Source: Squalus acanthias (taxonomy: Eukaryota). Taken from it: DNA of 64,000 bases. This document shows positions 25,227 to 37,616 of the stretch, piece by piece; the first letter of the stretch is position 1; every line of letters begins with the position of its first letter. A program made the position numbers and the translations under genes. The notes below the pieces were generated by a model that had not been told where the DNA came from, did no database searches, and saw only the letters and a program-made list of their open reading frames with translations. The DNA is taken from contig CM059425.1 of the NCBI GenBank assembly GCA_030390025.1, positions 174,532,001-174,596,000 of the forward strand. Direction: 5' to 3'.

Positions 25227-26127
25227 CTATAAAGCACCAGATATTTACATGCACTTGCATGCTGCTTTCAACAAGTGATTCATGAGTTTGTGGCAAACCC
25301 AATGTCCTCAAGTTTTTATAACTTTGTTGCTTCACGTTAGTGAATTTGGAACAAAATGGAACATCTTAAAAATCAGATCAAAATTTCCAGCAACTGTAGC
25401 ATAAACAACTGCAACTTTAGAAGATGCTCAGGTACGTTATATTTTTTAATTATAAAACTTTACAGAAACCATTCAAATAATATTCTAATGGAATAAATAT
25501 AAATTAATTATTCTCCAATTTTTAAACTATTTACTGATCATTCAAATATAAAGCTATAAGTAGATTTAGTTATTTTGTGAAGCAAGTGAAGAAACCCTTC
25601 ATCCTTCCTTTCCCATTCCCTCCCCACCGCCCCCCCAACCATAATTCTAATTTCTTGCACAAATGGGTTGGGCACTTGTTGGCCACATTCAAAATCACGG
25701 TGAGGGACAAAAAAGGATATTCAGCCCATCAAGTTTATCTCTCCAATATCTTAACTCTCCCATCACAATATCCAACTTTATTTAGAACAAGTCCTGAGGA
25801 GCAAGCTAAGGGGAAGTTTATTTGTCAGAGCATGAAGTAGTTGAGACAGAGACCATTTCACCTTTTAAGGGAAATGGGATAAATAGTTGAAGCAGAGGAA
25901 AATACAGGGCTACCGGGATACTTATGTCACACAGTTCAAACTATAGGTAATATTTCCACTCATAAATTTAATTTTCCATTTGTCTGCCCATTAACAAGCT
26001 TACATTAGTTTGAGTACCCAGGTCATGTATATAGATGAAAAACAACAGAACCCTGCAGGACTCCACTCAACCCCTCTCTGGCATATTCTCTCACACAGAA
26101 CACTGTCAAAGCTTTCTGAAAGTCGAA

Positions 26128-26924
26128 GGGGGGAATTTTGCCAGCCCTGGGGAGGCGGGTATGGAGGCGGGACTGCCGGGAAAATGGCAGAAACTGGGAG
26201 CGGGTACCGAACCCATTCCCAACCCACCTCTGTGCCATCTTCCCGGGAGGCGGGTCCCCGACTCGCATAGGGACCCGTCTCCTCAAGGTGGGAAGGGGAT
26301 TAGAGCCAATTAACTGCCTGTTAACAGGCAGTTTTGAGGCTTATCCCCATTTTACCCCTGCAAGTGCGGGCTTCCCAACGTCGGGAATCCCACCAGGGTC
26401 AGCGAGGCGAGCAGTGGGTCTGCGGGGGTGAGAGGGATCTAAAAGTCCACTGTGGAGGTGAGTGATGGGTGCAAGTGTGGAGAGGTAAGTATGAGAGGTG
26501 AGTGTAAAGTGTTAGAAAAAGTTTACTTACCTTTGCTTCTTCCTGCAGGCTTCAACCCTTGGGGATCCAGAGGTGCCTCATCTCAATGGCAGAGATGACA
26601 GAATGGCTGCTGCATTCTCAGATGCAGCAGCCATCTGATTTCTGCCGAGGAAATAGGTTTTGGTAAGCCGTCAGTGCAAGGACTCACCACAGTTCAGAGA
26701 TTGTCAGCGTTTAACAGCTTCTCAAAGCTGTCAAACGCTAACAAATCATCTGTCAAAATTTTTTGACAGATGAAACATCATACGCTGACATTCTCTGTCA
26801 CTGGCTTTCCCTTAATTGGCCGGCTAAGCCCGTGTGGGTTGGCCGGAAGTCGTTGGGGGCGGGACTGAAACCCGACAAACAGCAGTCCCGCCCCCAACGC
26901 GTCCCCATTGGCAAAATCCAGCCC
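26128..26924. mobile_element. Non-autonomous Harbinger-type element rich in internal palindromes
   Basis: TIRs GGGGGGAATTTTGCCA / TGGCAAAATCCAGCCC; 3-bp TSD GAA. Confidence 0.8.
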
Positions 26925-27039
26925 GAAATATACTAATGTCACAAGGAATAACGCTAACCACTGTAACTATAACATTTTCAAAGAAATCAGGCAGGAACTT
27001 GCCCCTCTACATCCATTATTTTACCTGAAATTCATGTTC

Positions 27040-27900
27040 GGCTAGTGGATCTATAGTTGCCTGGCTAATATTTCCTGCCATTGCTAAATGTAGTCACTAC
27101 ATTTGCCTATTTCCAGTCTTGCAGAATTTCACCAATGCCTGATGATTCCTCCATAATAGGCGGTATCACACAATTTTCCTTCCTTTTCTCCTTCAATATC
27201 CCAGGATATGCACCATCTAGCCGTGAAGATATTTCAGTCTTAAGTACCCCAAACTTATCAAGTACCTTTGCCAGACTGACTTTAAGATCTTTTAGGATAT
27301 TGCGTGTACTACAGAAATTAGATGGCAATTTAATATTTCCCTCTCTAACAAAAAGTTCTAGAAAACATTCAATTAATATTTGAGCTATTTTATGTTCTTA
27401 ATTTCACTGCTACTTTTAACTTTTAGATTCTAACTTCCCCTCTAACTACTCTTTTGCAATATCAGTATTCGAAGGTTATTAACTGATCTGCTCAACATCT
27501 TTAACTGTAATTATCTCGAGGAAACTCTTTGCAACTCCAATATCAATTCTAACCAGTTTTTGCAATTTCCTAAACTCCCCGAGTGCTCTCTCTCCTTTTT
27601 CTCCTATAAGTTATATAAGTTTGTTTATCTTATCTGTTTCCATTTTAATTGACTTGTTCATTTATTTTAGAGAATACGCACTTTGTTTACACAATTTTCT
27701 TGAGTATACTTTACAAATACCTTGCATATTCAATGTTTTTTTTGTTTTACACTTTTCCCCACTGAAATGCCTTTTAGCAATATTTCCTGGTTAATTTCTT
27801 TTTGGGAATTTTTAATTCCTTTGAAGTTTTTTCCTTTTTTAAATTATATATTTTTGTCCAGACAGCCCACTCAAATATTGGTCTAAAACGAAGTATTTGT
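27040..27900 (-). mobile_element. Very old CR1 ORF2 fragment
   Basis: Minus ORF LKTEISSRLDGAYPGILKE...LQDWK, a decayed KSPGPDG.HPR.LKE...PQDWK. Confidence 0.65.
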
Positions 27901-28559
27901 CAACCCTATGTACAAATGGCAAGTAATGTACCTTTAACATGTTATATGAATGCAACAATGACCTTATTCTGTCGCTAAATTAAGCTCAGTCTGATACAAT
28001 TCTTTAGATGTTCAAAAATACAGACATGTAACACAGCACTTGAAGGCAACAGATGTGCGCTGAATGCACCCTTCAGGGAATTTATAAATCACTTTGTAAC
28101 TTTATCCTTTATATGATCTCAGAATTTTAATTTAGTGAAAAACCTGTCTTATAGACATTAGCTTGTAGGCAAGTAGCTAAACGTTGGGCTTGAAACTATG
28201 ATACAGTTTTCAGACTGGGATCATTCAAGACTTTGTAACGCCTACACCGGTAATCTTTAGTCTACTGGTGTTGCCAGATTTGTGTTCAGTGTTGCTGAAT
28301 CTTGGTTGTTATTGTCTTGATCCTGGAGGGCTTAAAAAAAAACTTTTCAATGTTGTCATAAAAATAAAAAGCAAAAATGAAGAATTTGTAGTTAAATCCA
28401 TTTTAGTCCCTTTAAGACATAAAACTGAGAATACATTATGCTCTTGAAGTATAACAGCTTTTTACCTTTCAAAAAAAAAAGCTTTCACATGGTCAAGTTT
28501 TATTATTATTATAAGTAAGGGTTTAAATAAGACAAGAAAAAATTAGGCTTTTGAAGTGA

Positions 28560-28915
28560 CCTACTGGATGAATGCTCTACCAACTGTGGTATGGAGCGAT
28601 GCAGACCAGGAAAGTTGCAAGTTTGGTTCTTCGCTAAATTGGCTGACCTCAGCAAGCACTAGTAGATGCTCTACAATTGGCCTCTAACTCCAGGCTACAG
28701 TGCAGAAAAATCACCCAACTCCTGATCAATATCCAGTGACCGCTGCTGGAAAGCGTGCAGGTGTGAATACTAAGTTAGGACAGGATCCGCTTTAGCTGTT
28801 GTCCCTCACAGTTGGACAATTACCATCTTGATTCATGCATTAAAAGCCAATTTTGCAAGGTGGCGTAGGGTAACCAGGGTCGAGTCACTGCCATCAACAG
28901 AAGAGGGAAGATAAA
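28560..28915 (+). mobile_element. AmnSINE2-like SINE
   Basis: CAGACCAGGAA, CTACAATTGGCCTC, CTCCTGATCAATATCCAGTGACC.CTGCTGGAAAG, GGACAGGATC. Confidence 0.7.
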
Positions 28916-29477
28916 TTAAAATTAACACTCATCAAACAGTTGCTGCTTTGTAAAGAATAACCAGCAGATAAAAAGCATTCTTAGTAATGAGCAGTTTGGT
29001 ATGGGGGAAGAGTTTGTTTGTGTGTGAGTATGTGTGCATGAAGAATTAGAAAGAGTGAAGACAGCACTGATCTTGTGAATCAAAAAGCTTGTGAAAATAA
29101 GTATTGCACTGTCTATGCAGATCAATAAGCAATTCATACACAGTAATTCACCAGTTACATCTAGTACAAGTCAAAAATCACAACAGTACTGAGCAGACCC
29201 ATACATTTTGCCATTGAGGTCCTTCACCAAAATATTTGATGATTTAGAGATTGATTTGTTTTTTAGTATTTAGCAAAATAATATACTGTCATGAATTGTC
29301 AGAAGAGGGAAGAGAGGCTGCACTAGGACGGATAAGTTAATATTGAGAATTTCTAGCAAAACAAGTCAAAAATACACCACCACTAGAGGCATCAATTTCA
29401 GAACACGGAAAAGTGGCGATGTGCCAGAGGGTGCTTGAAGACAAAGTTAAACACTCCAGGAAACCTGGTTTGTAGTG

Positions 29478-32457
29478 CAGTAATGGTGACCATGAAACTA
29501 CCGGATTGTCATAAAAACCCATCTGGTTCACTAATATCCTTTAGGGAAGGAAATCAGCCGTCCTTACCTGGTCTGGCCTATATGTGACTCCAGACCCACA
29601 GCAATGTGGTTGACTCTTAACTGCCCTCTGAAATGACCTAGCAAGACACTCAGTTGTAACAAACCTCTACAAGAAACAATAATAATAAAACCGGATGGAC
29701 CACCCTCCCTCAGCTGATGAATCAGTACTCCTCCATGTTGAACACCAGTTGGAAGAAGCACTGAGGGTAGCAAGGGCACAGATGTACTCTGGGTGGAGGA
29801 CTTCAATGTCCATCACCAAGAGTGGCTCAGTAGCACCACTACTGACTGAGCTGGCTGAGTCCTGAAGGATATAGCTGCCAGTCTGGGTCTGCAGCACGTG
29901 GTGAGAGAACCGACACAAGGGAAAAACCTACTTGACCTCGTCCTCACCAATCCACCTGTCGCAGATGCATCTGTCCATGACAGTATTGGTAGCAGTGACC
30001 ACCGCACAGTCCTTGTGGAGACAAAGTTCCGTCTTCACACTGAGGACACCCTCCATCGTGTTGTGTGGCACTACCACCATGCTAAATGGGATAGGTTCAG
30101 AACAGATCTAGCAGCTCAAACCTGGGCATCCATGAGGCGCTGTGGGCCATCAGCAACACCAGATTAGTATTCCACCACAATCTGTAAGCTCATCGCCCGG
30201 CATATCCCTCACTCTACCACTAACATCAAGCCAGGTGACCAACCCTGGTTCAATGAAGAGTGTAGAAGAGCATGCCAGGAGCAGCACCAGGCGTACCTAA
30301 AAATGAGGTGCCAACCTGCGGAAGCTGCAATACAGGACCACATGCATACTAAACAACGGAAGCAGCATGCTATAGACAGAGTTAAGCAATCCCACAACCG
30401 ATGGATCAGATCAAAGCTCTGAAGTCCTGACGGGAGGTGGAAGCTCCATGAATACTCCCATCCTCAATGATGGCAGGGCTCAGCACGCGAGTGGAAAAGA
30501 CGAGGCAGAAGCATTTGCAACCATCTTCAGCCAGAAGTGCCGAGTGGATGATCCATCTCGGCCTCCTCCTGAGGTCTCTACCATTACAGAAGCCAGTTTT
30601 CAGCCAATTCGATTCATTCCACGTGAAATCAAGAAACGGCTGAGCGTACTGGATACAGCAAAGGTTGTGGGCCCCAACAACATCCTGGCTGTCGTGCTCC
30701 AGAACTAGCCCCACCTCTAGCTAAGCTGTTCCAGTACAGCTACAACACTGGCATCTACCCAACAATGTGGAAAATTGCCCAGGTATGTCCTGTCCACAAA
30801 AAACAAGACATATCCAATCCGGCCAATTACCACCCCATCAGTCTACTCTCAATTATCAGCAAAGTGATGGAATGTGTTGTCGACAGTGCTATCAAGCGGC
30901 ACTTACTCACCAATAACATGCTCACCGATGCTCAGTTTGGGTTCCGCCAGGACCACTTGGCTCCAGACCTCATTACAGCCTTGGCCCAAACATGGACAAA
31001 GGAGCTGAATTCCAGAGGTGAGGTGACAGTGACTGCCCTCGACATAAAGGCAGCATTTGACCGAGTGGAGCATCAAGGAGCCCTCGTAAAATTGAAGTCA
31101 ATGGGAATCAGGGGAAAGACTCTCCACTGGCTGGAGTCATACCTAGCACAAAGGAAGATGGTTGTGGTTGTTGCAGGCCAATCATCTCAGCCCCAAGACA
31201 TCACTGCAGGAGTTCCTCAGGGCAGTCTCCTAGGCCCAACCATCTTCAGCTTTTCATCAGTGACCTTCCCTCCATCATAAGGTCAGAATTGGGGATGTTC
31301 CCTAATGATTGCAGTGTTCAGTTCTATTCGTAACTCCGCATGCAGCAAGACCTGGACGACATTCAGGCTTGGGCTGATAAGTGGCAAGTAACATTCGCGC
31401 CACAGAAGTGCCAGGCAATGACTATCTCCAACAAGAGAGCGTCTAACCACCGCCCCTTAACATTCAACGGCATTACCATCGCCGAATCCCCCAACATCAA
31501 CATCCTGGGGGGGTCACCATTAACCAGAAATTTAACTGGACCAGCCACATAAATACTGTGGCTACAAGTGCAGGTGAGAGGCTGGGTATTCTGCAGTGAG
31601 TGTCTCACCTCCTGACTCCCCAAAGCCTTTCCACCATCTACAAGGTACAAGTCAGGAATATGATGGAATACTCTCCACTTGCCTGGATGAGTGCAGCTCC
31701 AACAACACTCAATGCCCACTTGATTGGCACCCCACCCACCACCTTAAACATTAACTCCATCCACCACCGGCGCAGCGTGGCTGCAGTGTGTACCATCTAC
31801 AAGATGCACTGCAGCAACTCGCCAAGGCTTCTTCGATAGCACCTCCCACACCCACGACCTCTACCACCTAGAAGGACAAGGACAGCAGGCACATGGGAAC
31901 ACCATCACCTCCAAGTCCAAGGTGGCATAGTGGTTAGCACTGTTGCCTCACAGGGACCCGGGTTCGAATCCGGCATCGGGTGACTGTCTGTGTGGAGTTT
32001 GCACATTCTCCCCGTGTCTGCGTGGGTTTCCTCCGGGTGCTCCAGTTTCCTCCCACAGTCCAAACATGTGCGGGTTAGGTTGATTTGGCTATGATAAATT
32101 GACCCTTCGTGTTAGGGGGATTAAATACGTGGGGTTACGGGGACAGGGTGGGATATGTGTCGGTGCAGGCTCGATGGGCCGAAATGGCCTCTATCTGCAC
32201 TGTGGGGATTCTGTGATAAAACCGTAGCACACATCAGAGCAGCCAGCTTCTGTGACATCCTGACTTGCAACTGTATCGCCATTCTTTCATCGTCACTGGG
32301 TCAAAATCCTGGAACTCCCTTCCTAAGAGCACTATCGGAGAACCTTCACCACACGGACTGTAGCGGCTCAAGAAGGCGGCTCACCACCATCTTCTCAAGG
32401 GCAATAAATGCTGGCCTTGCCAGCGATGCCCACATTCCAGGAACGAATAAAAATAAA
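29478..32457 (+). mobile_element. CR1/Jockey-group LINE 'family B' with MetaSINE-like 5' segment; decayed APE + RT
   Basis: HPPSADE..DFNVHH, NLLDLVLTN, SDH; RT WKIAQVCPVHKK, LDIKAAFDRV, GVPQGS; tail GCAATAAATGCTGGCCTTGCCAGCG...GAACGAATAAAA. Confidence 0.9.
31920..32217 (+). mobile_element. V-SINE (HE1-like) inserted in LINE
   Basis: A box TGGCATAGTGG, B box GGTTCGAATCC, V domain TGTGTGGAGTTTGCACATTCTCCCCGTGTCTGCGTGGGTTTCCTCCGGGTGCTCC, CR1-like tail. Confidence 0.92.
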
Positions 32458-32518
32458 ATCTCTAAGATAAAAGAAAAGAAGAGGCCAGAAATACCCTGTC
32501 CCTTGCATTTTTCATGTG

Positions 32519-33908
32519 ATTTTTTTTATTCGTTTATGGGATCAGGGCATCGCAGGCAATGCCAGCATTTATTGCCCATTCCTAGTTGCCCTTGAGAAGG
32601 TGGTGGTGAGCTGCCTTCTTGAACCGCTGCAGTCCGTGTGGTGATGGTACTCCCACAATGCTGTTAGGTAGGGATATCTAGGATTTTGACCCAGCGACGA
32701 TATACTTCTAAGTCAGTATGGTGTGCGACTTGGAGGGGAACTTGGAGGTGGTGGTGTTCCCATGCGCCTGCTGCCCTTGTCCTTCTAGGTGGAAGAGGTC
32801 GCGGGTTTGGGAGGTGCTGCCGAAGAAGCCTTGGCGAGTTGCTGCAGTGCATCTTGTAGATGGCACACACTGCAGCCACGGTACGCCGGTGGTGGAGGGA
32901 GTGAATGTTTAAGGTGGTGGATGGGGTGCCAATCAAGCGGGCTGCTTCCTGGATGGTGTCGAGTTTCTTGAGTGTTGTTGGAGCTGTGCTCATCCAGGCA
33001 AATGGAGAGTATTCCATCACACTCCTTACTTTTGCCTTGTAGATGGTGAAAGGCTTTGGGGAGTCAGGAGGTGAGACACTCGTTGCAGAATACCTAGCCT
33101 CTGACCCGCTCTTGTTGCCACAGTATATATGTGGCTGATCCAGTTAAGTTTCTGGTTAATGGTGACCCCCAGGATGTTGATAGTGGGGGATTCGGCGATG
33201 GTAATGCCATTGAATGTCAAGGGGCGGTGGTTAGACTCTCGCTTGTTGGAGATAGTCATTGCCTGGCACTTCTGTGGCGCGAATGTTACCTACCACTTAT
33301 CAGCCCAAGCCTGAACGTCGTCCAGGTCTTGTTGCATGCGGGCATGGACTGCTTCATTATCCATGGAGTTGCGAATGGCGCTGAACACTGTGCAGTCATC
33401 AGCGAACATCCCCATTTCTGACCTTATGTTGGAGGGAAGGTCATTGATGAAGCAGCTGAAGATGGTTGGGCCTAGGACACTGCCCTGAGGAACTCCTGCA
33501 GCGATGTCCTGGGGCTGTGATGATTGACCTCAACCACCACAACCATCTTCCTTTGTGCTAGGTATGATTCCAGCCAGTGGAGCGTTTTCCCCGATTCCCA
33601 TTGACTTCAGTTTTACTAGGGTTCCTTGATGCCAGACTCGGTCAAATGCTGCCTTGATGTCAAGGGCAGTCACTCTCACCTCGCCTCTGGAATTCAGCTC
33701 CTTTGTCCATGTTTGGACCAAGGCTGTAATGAGGTCGGGAGCCGAGTGGTCTTGGCGGAACCCAAACTGGGCATCAGTGAGCAGGTTATTGGTGAGTAAG
33801 TGCCGCTTGATAGCACTGTCGATGACACCTTCCATCACTTTGCTGATGATTGAGAGTAGACTGATGGGGTGGTAATTGGCCGGGTTGGATTTGTCCTGCT
33901 TTTTGTGG
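32519..33908 (-). mobile_element. LINE family B, 5'-truncated
   Basis: Minus ORFs with HKKQDKSNPANYHPISLL, AFDRVWHQG and EYSPFAWM; same 3' tail. Confidence 0.92.
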
Positions 33909-34559
33909 ATCAAGGTTGCCATTCTGTTTTCTGACAGCCAGTAAGATTTTCTAATTGCACTAATTAGAACTTGTAGGCAACAGGAAGTCTCTACAAACCA
34001 AAGTAGCCTTTTGATTAGGTTCATTTAACATTGCTGAATGGTACAATGTGTATAAAGCCTGGGGAGAAAGGAATGTGAATTCTAATATCTTGGAGAAGAT
34101 AGATAGAACATCCCTCAAAAAGCTATTCACCGTAGAGCGCTTCTAGAGCAGGTGCTCTAGAGCGCCCGACTTCTTTCAATAACTCCAGTAATTTTCCCTA
34201 ATACTCATTCAGTGAAGACTGCTGTCGGGGTTAAAGAAAGAATTTTGAATTAAACGAATCTCAGCCATGAAGTAAATGCAGCAGATCTGCTAAGATTTCC
34301 ACAGATGAGAGAGTTAAAATTCCAAATAATGTTACTACTGGAGACAATGATGAACTACAAGTTTCTCAGTTTTCCATATTTTTATCATGCTCCTACCACT
34401 ATGCAAGTACATATTATACTTCATTTATACTACAGTGCTGTCTCTGGATCAAAATACTGTTCTCAGCAAGTCCAGATAGGTTACCAATGTGTTTTTATGT
34501 TGACTACCTACAGGCACATTCCCCTGACATCAAGGAGAGTTCATAGTCAGAAACAAAGG

Positions 34560-35022
34560 CCTGGTGTCTGGATCGCCGGAGAGGTGCAGATCGCAGCGGG
34601 GTTCCCAGTTACAAGGGTAAGGTTCCAATGGTGGTCTGGGGGGTTTACTGGGTAGCTTGTTGGGCCTGGAGGAAACACTCCCGCTCCTCCTGGCCCACAA
34701 GCAATGTTGTAAAGGCACTTATCTCATGGATTCAGCCCTTCTTGCCTGCTTTCAGCTGCCAAGTTCCCCGAAGCCCAGGAAACCCAGGCGCCCGTGGTTT
34801 AAATAGAATCACTGTTAAAATGAAAGCAGGCAGCCTCATTATAATATTTAAATGAGCAACCCGCTTCCCGCAAGCAGATTGGTCACCTACCCCTCATCCC
34901 ACCTCCATTAAAACCAGAAGTGGGTGGGTTCGAGGAGGGTTCGGTTCCGGTTTCAGATTTTTTGCATTTTAACCTCTGACATGACCCCAACCCACCCATT
35001 GTTGGGAGTTGAGCTTCAGCCC
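34560..35022 (-). mobile_element. Partial Harbinger-type MITE related to 51306-52392
   Basis: Reverse complement matches the left part of 51306-51750 (AATGGGTGG..TGGG, AGATAAGTGCCTTTACA, GAGGAGC.GGAGTGTT). Confidence 0.65.
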
Positions 35023-35352
35023 AAAGTGACATCCGTGATTATAAACAATTTTACACACGCAGTTATTTCAGTGTTGCCAGTGGCATTCCGAATCAAACAA
35101 CAACAATTTGCATTTATATAGTGCCTTTAACATTGTAAAGCAGCCCAAAGCACTTGACAGGAGCATAATGCGATAAAAATTGACACTGAGCCAAAGAAGG
35201 AGATACTAGGATGGGTAAAAGCATGGTCGGTGTTTAAGGAACATATTTAAGGAGGAGAGCAAACTAGAGAGGCAGACAGGTTTAAGGAGGGAATTCCAAA
35301 GCTTAAGTCTGAGACGACTAAAGATGCTGCAGCCAATGGTGATATGAAAGGA

Positions 35353-35673
35353 TCATGATGCGGAGATGCCGGTGTTGGACTGGGGTGGACAAAAGTGAGA
35401 AGTCGCACAACACCAGGTTATAGTCCAACAGTTTTATTTGAAATCACAAGCTTTCGGAGCTGCAGCCCCTTTGTCAGGTGAAGTGAAGGAATATGAATCG
35501 GCAAAGCATATATAGACAGAGAACAATGCCTGTGTAGCGTACAATGTCAGACGACTACAGTTAATCTTTCTGACTGCCTTTTATCACACCTCGGCAGAGA
35601 AACAATCAGGTCAGGAAGACATTATATCAAAGACATAGCAAGATACAGCTAAGACAATGAGGTGGGGTCACAG
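35353..35673 (-). mobile_element. Second Penelope-like family terminal unit
   Basis: 12-bp TSD GATATGAAAGGA. Minus strand has a hammerhead-like motif followed by AATAAA.CTGTTGGACTATAACCTGGTGT. Confidence 0.8.
35444..35481 (-). ncRNA. Minimal type I hammerhead motif, core-mutated
   Basis: TCAC-CTGACAA-A-GGGGCT(GC)AGCTCC-GAAAG-CTT-GTGA. CUGACAA replaces CUGACGA; palindromic AAGCTT. Confidence 0.65.
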
Positions 35674-35851
35674 GATATGAAAGGAGGGCGGGATGCACAA
35701 GCGGCCAAAGTTGGAGGAACCGAGGGTTCTTGAAACGTTGTAGGGCTGGAGAGGGTTACAGAGATAGCGAGAGGCAAGGGGAAGCATTTGAACACAAGGA
35801 TGAGAATTTTAAAATCGAGATGGTGGTGGATGCCAATTTAGGTCAGAAGGA

Positions 35852-37616
35852 CGTACAATCCCTCTACACCTCCATCCCCCACCAGGATGGCCTGAGGGCG
35901 CTCCGCTTCTTCCTTGAACAGAGGCCCAACCAGTCCCCATCCACCGCCACCCTCCTCCGCCTGGCTGAACTTGTTCTCACATTGAACAACTTCTCCTTTG
36001 ACTCCACTCATTTCCTCTAAATCAAAGGTGTTGCTATGGGCACCCACATGGGTCCTAGCTATGCCTGCCTTTTCATGGGATATGTGGAACACTCTTTGTT
36101 CCAGTCCTACTCGGGTCGCCTCCCTCACCTCTTTTTCCGGTACATTGACGACTGTATCGGTGCCATTTCCTGCTCTCGCCCTGAACTAGACAATTTCATT
36201 CACTTTGCCTCCAATTTCCACCCTTCCCTCACCTTCACATGGTCCATCTCCGACTCTTCCCTTCCCTTCCTCGACTTCTCCGTCTCCATCTCTGGGGATA
36301 GGTTATTGACCAACATTCACTACAAGCCCACTGACTCCCACAGCTACCTGGACTACACTTCCTCCCATCCCCGCCTCCTGTAAGGACTCTATTCCCTTCT
36401 CCCAGTTTCTCTGTCTCCGCCGCATCTGCTCCGACGATGCCACCTTCCATACCAGTGCTTCCGACATGTCTTCCTTTTTCCTCAACCGAGGATTCCCCTC
36501 TACCGTGGTCGACACGGCCCTCGACCGTGTCCGTTCTATCTCCCGCACTTCTGCCCTCACCCCGGCCCCTCCCTCCCTCCCGGAACTACGATAGAGTTCC
36601 CCTTGTCCTCACCTTTCACCCCACCAGCCTCCACATTCAACGGATCATCCTCCGCCATTTCTGCCACCTCCAACGTGATCCCACCACCAAACGTATCTTC
36701 CCCTCACCTCCCCTTTCAGCATTCCGTAGGGACTGCTCCCTCCGAGACACCCTAGTCCACTCCTCTATCACCCCCAGCACCCCTTCCCCCTCGCCCGGCA
36801 CCTTGCCGTGCAAGCGCAGGAGATGCAACACCTGCCCTTATACATCCCCCCTTCCCACTCTCCAGGGCCCCAAACACCCCTTCCAGGTAAAACAGCGATT
36901 TACTTGTACTTCTTGCAATCTAGTATACTGTATTCGCTGCTCACGATGTGGTCTCCTCTACATTGGGGAGACCAAACGCAGATTGGGTGACCGCTTTGCG
37001 GAACATCTCCGTTCAGTCCGTAAGGGTGACCCCGAGCTTCCGGTCGCTTGTCATTTTAATTCACCTCTCCACGCCCACTCAGACCTCACTGTCCTCGGCC
37101 TCGTGCATTGTTCCACGGAAGCTCAGCGTAAGCTCGAGGAACAGCACCTCATCTTTCGTTTAGGCACTTTACAGCCTTCCGGACTCAATATAGAGTTCAA
37201 CAATTTCATAACCTCGGCCCCCACCACATATGTATACATTTTATCCACTCTTTTGGTTCGTGCCTTTTTCCTTTTTTTTCCTCTCTCTCCCCCCTACGGC
37301 AGCTGTCTCTAATTCTGCCAGCATTTCACACTTCACCTTTTGTTTCTTAAACCTGTCCCATGACCATCTCATCTTGCCTTGAGCACCTTTTAATGTCTCT
37401 ACTTACCATAGTTATCCCCGCACCCCCCACTCAGCCTCCCCCTTGCATTTTTATCTGTTTCATTTCCTGCTCTTTTCTCAGTTCTGACGAAGGGTTTCGA
37501 CCTGAAACGTTAACTCTGTTTCTCTCTCCACGGATGTTGCCTGGCCTGCTAAGTTTTTCCAGCGTTTTCTGTTGTTGTTTCAATTTTCCAGCATCCGCAG
37601 TATTTTGCTATCGTAA
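35852..37616 (+). mobile_element. 5'-truncated Penelope-like retroelement (RT + C-terminal GIY-YIG endonuclease), disrupted
   Basis: DVQSLYTSIP, GVAMGTHMGPSYA, RYIDD, FLDF, NLVYCIRCSRCGLLYIGETKRRLGDRFAEH, PSGLN; 13-bp TSD TAGGTCAGAAGGA; stop at 36018 and frameshifts. Confidence 0.95.
37480..37515 (+). ncRNA. Minimal type I hammerhead ribozyme motif
   Basis: Identical to 17378-17413. Confidence 0.8.
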
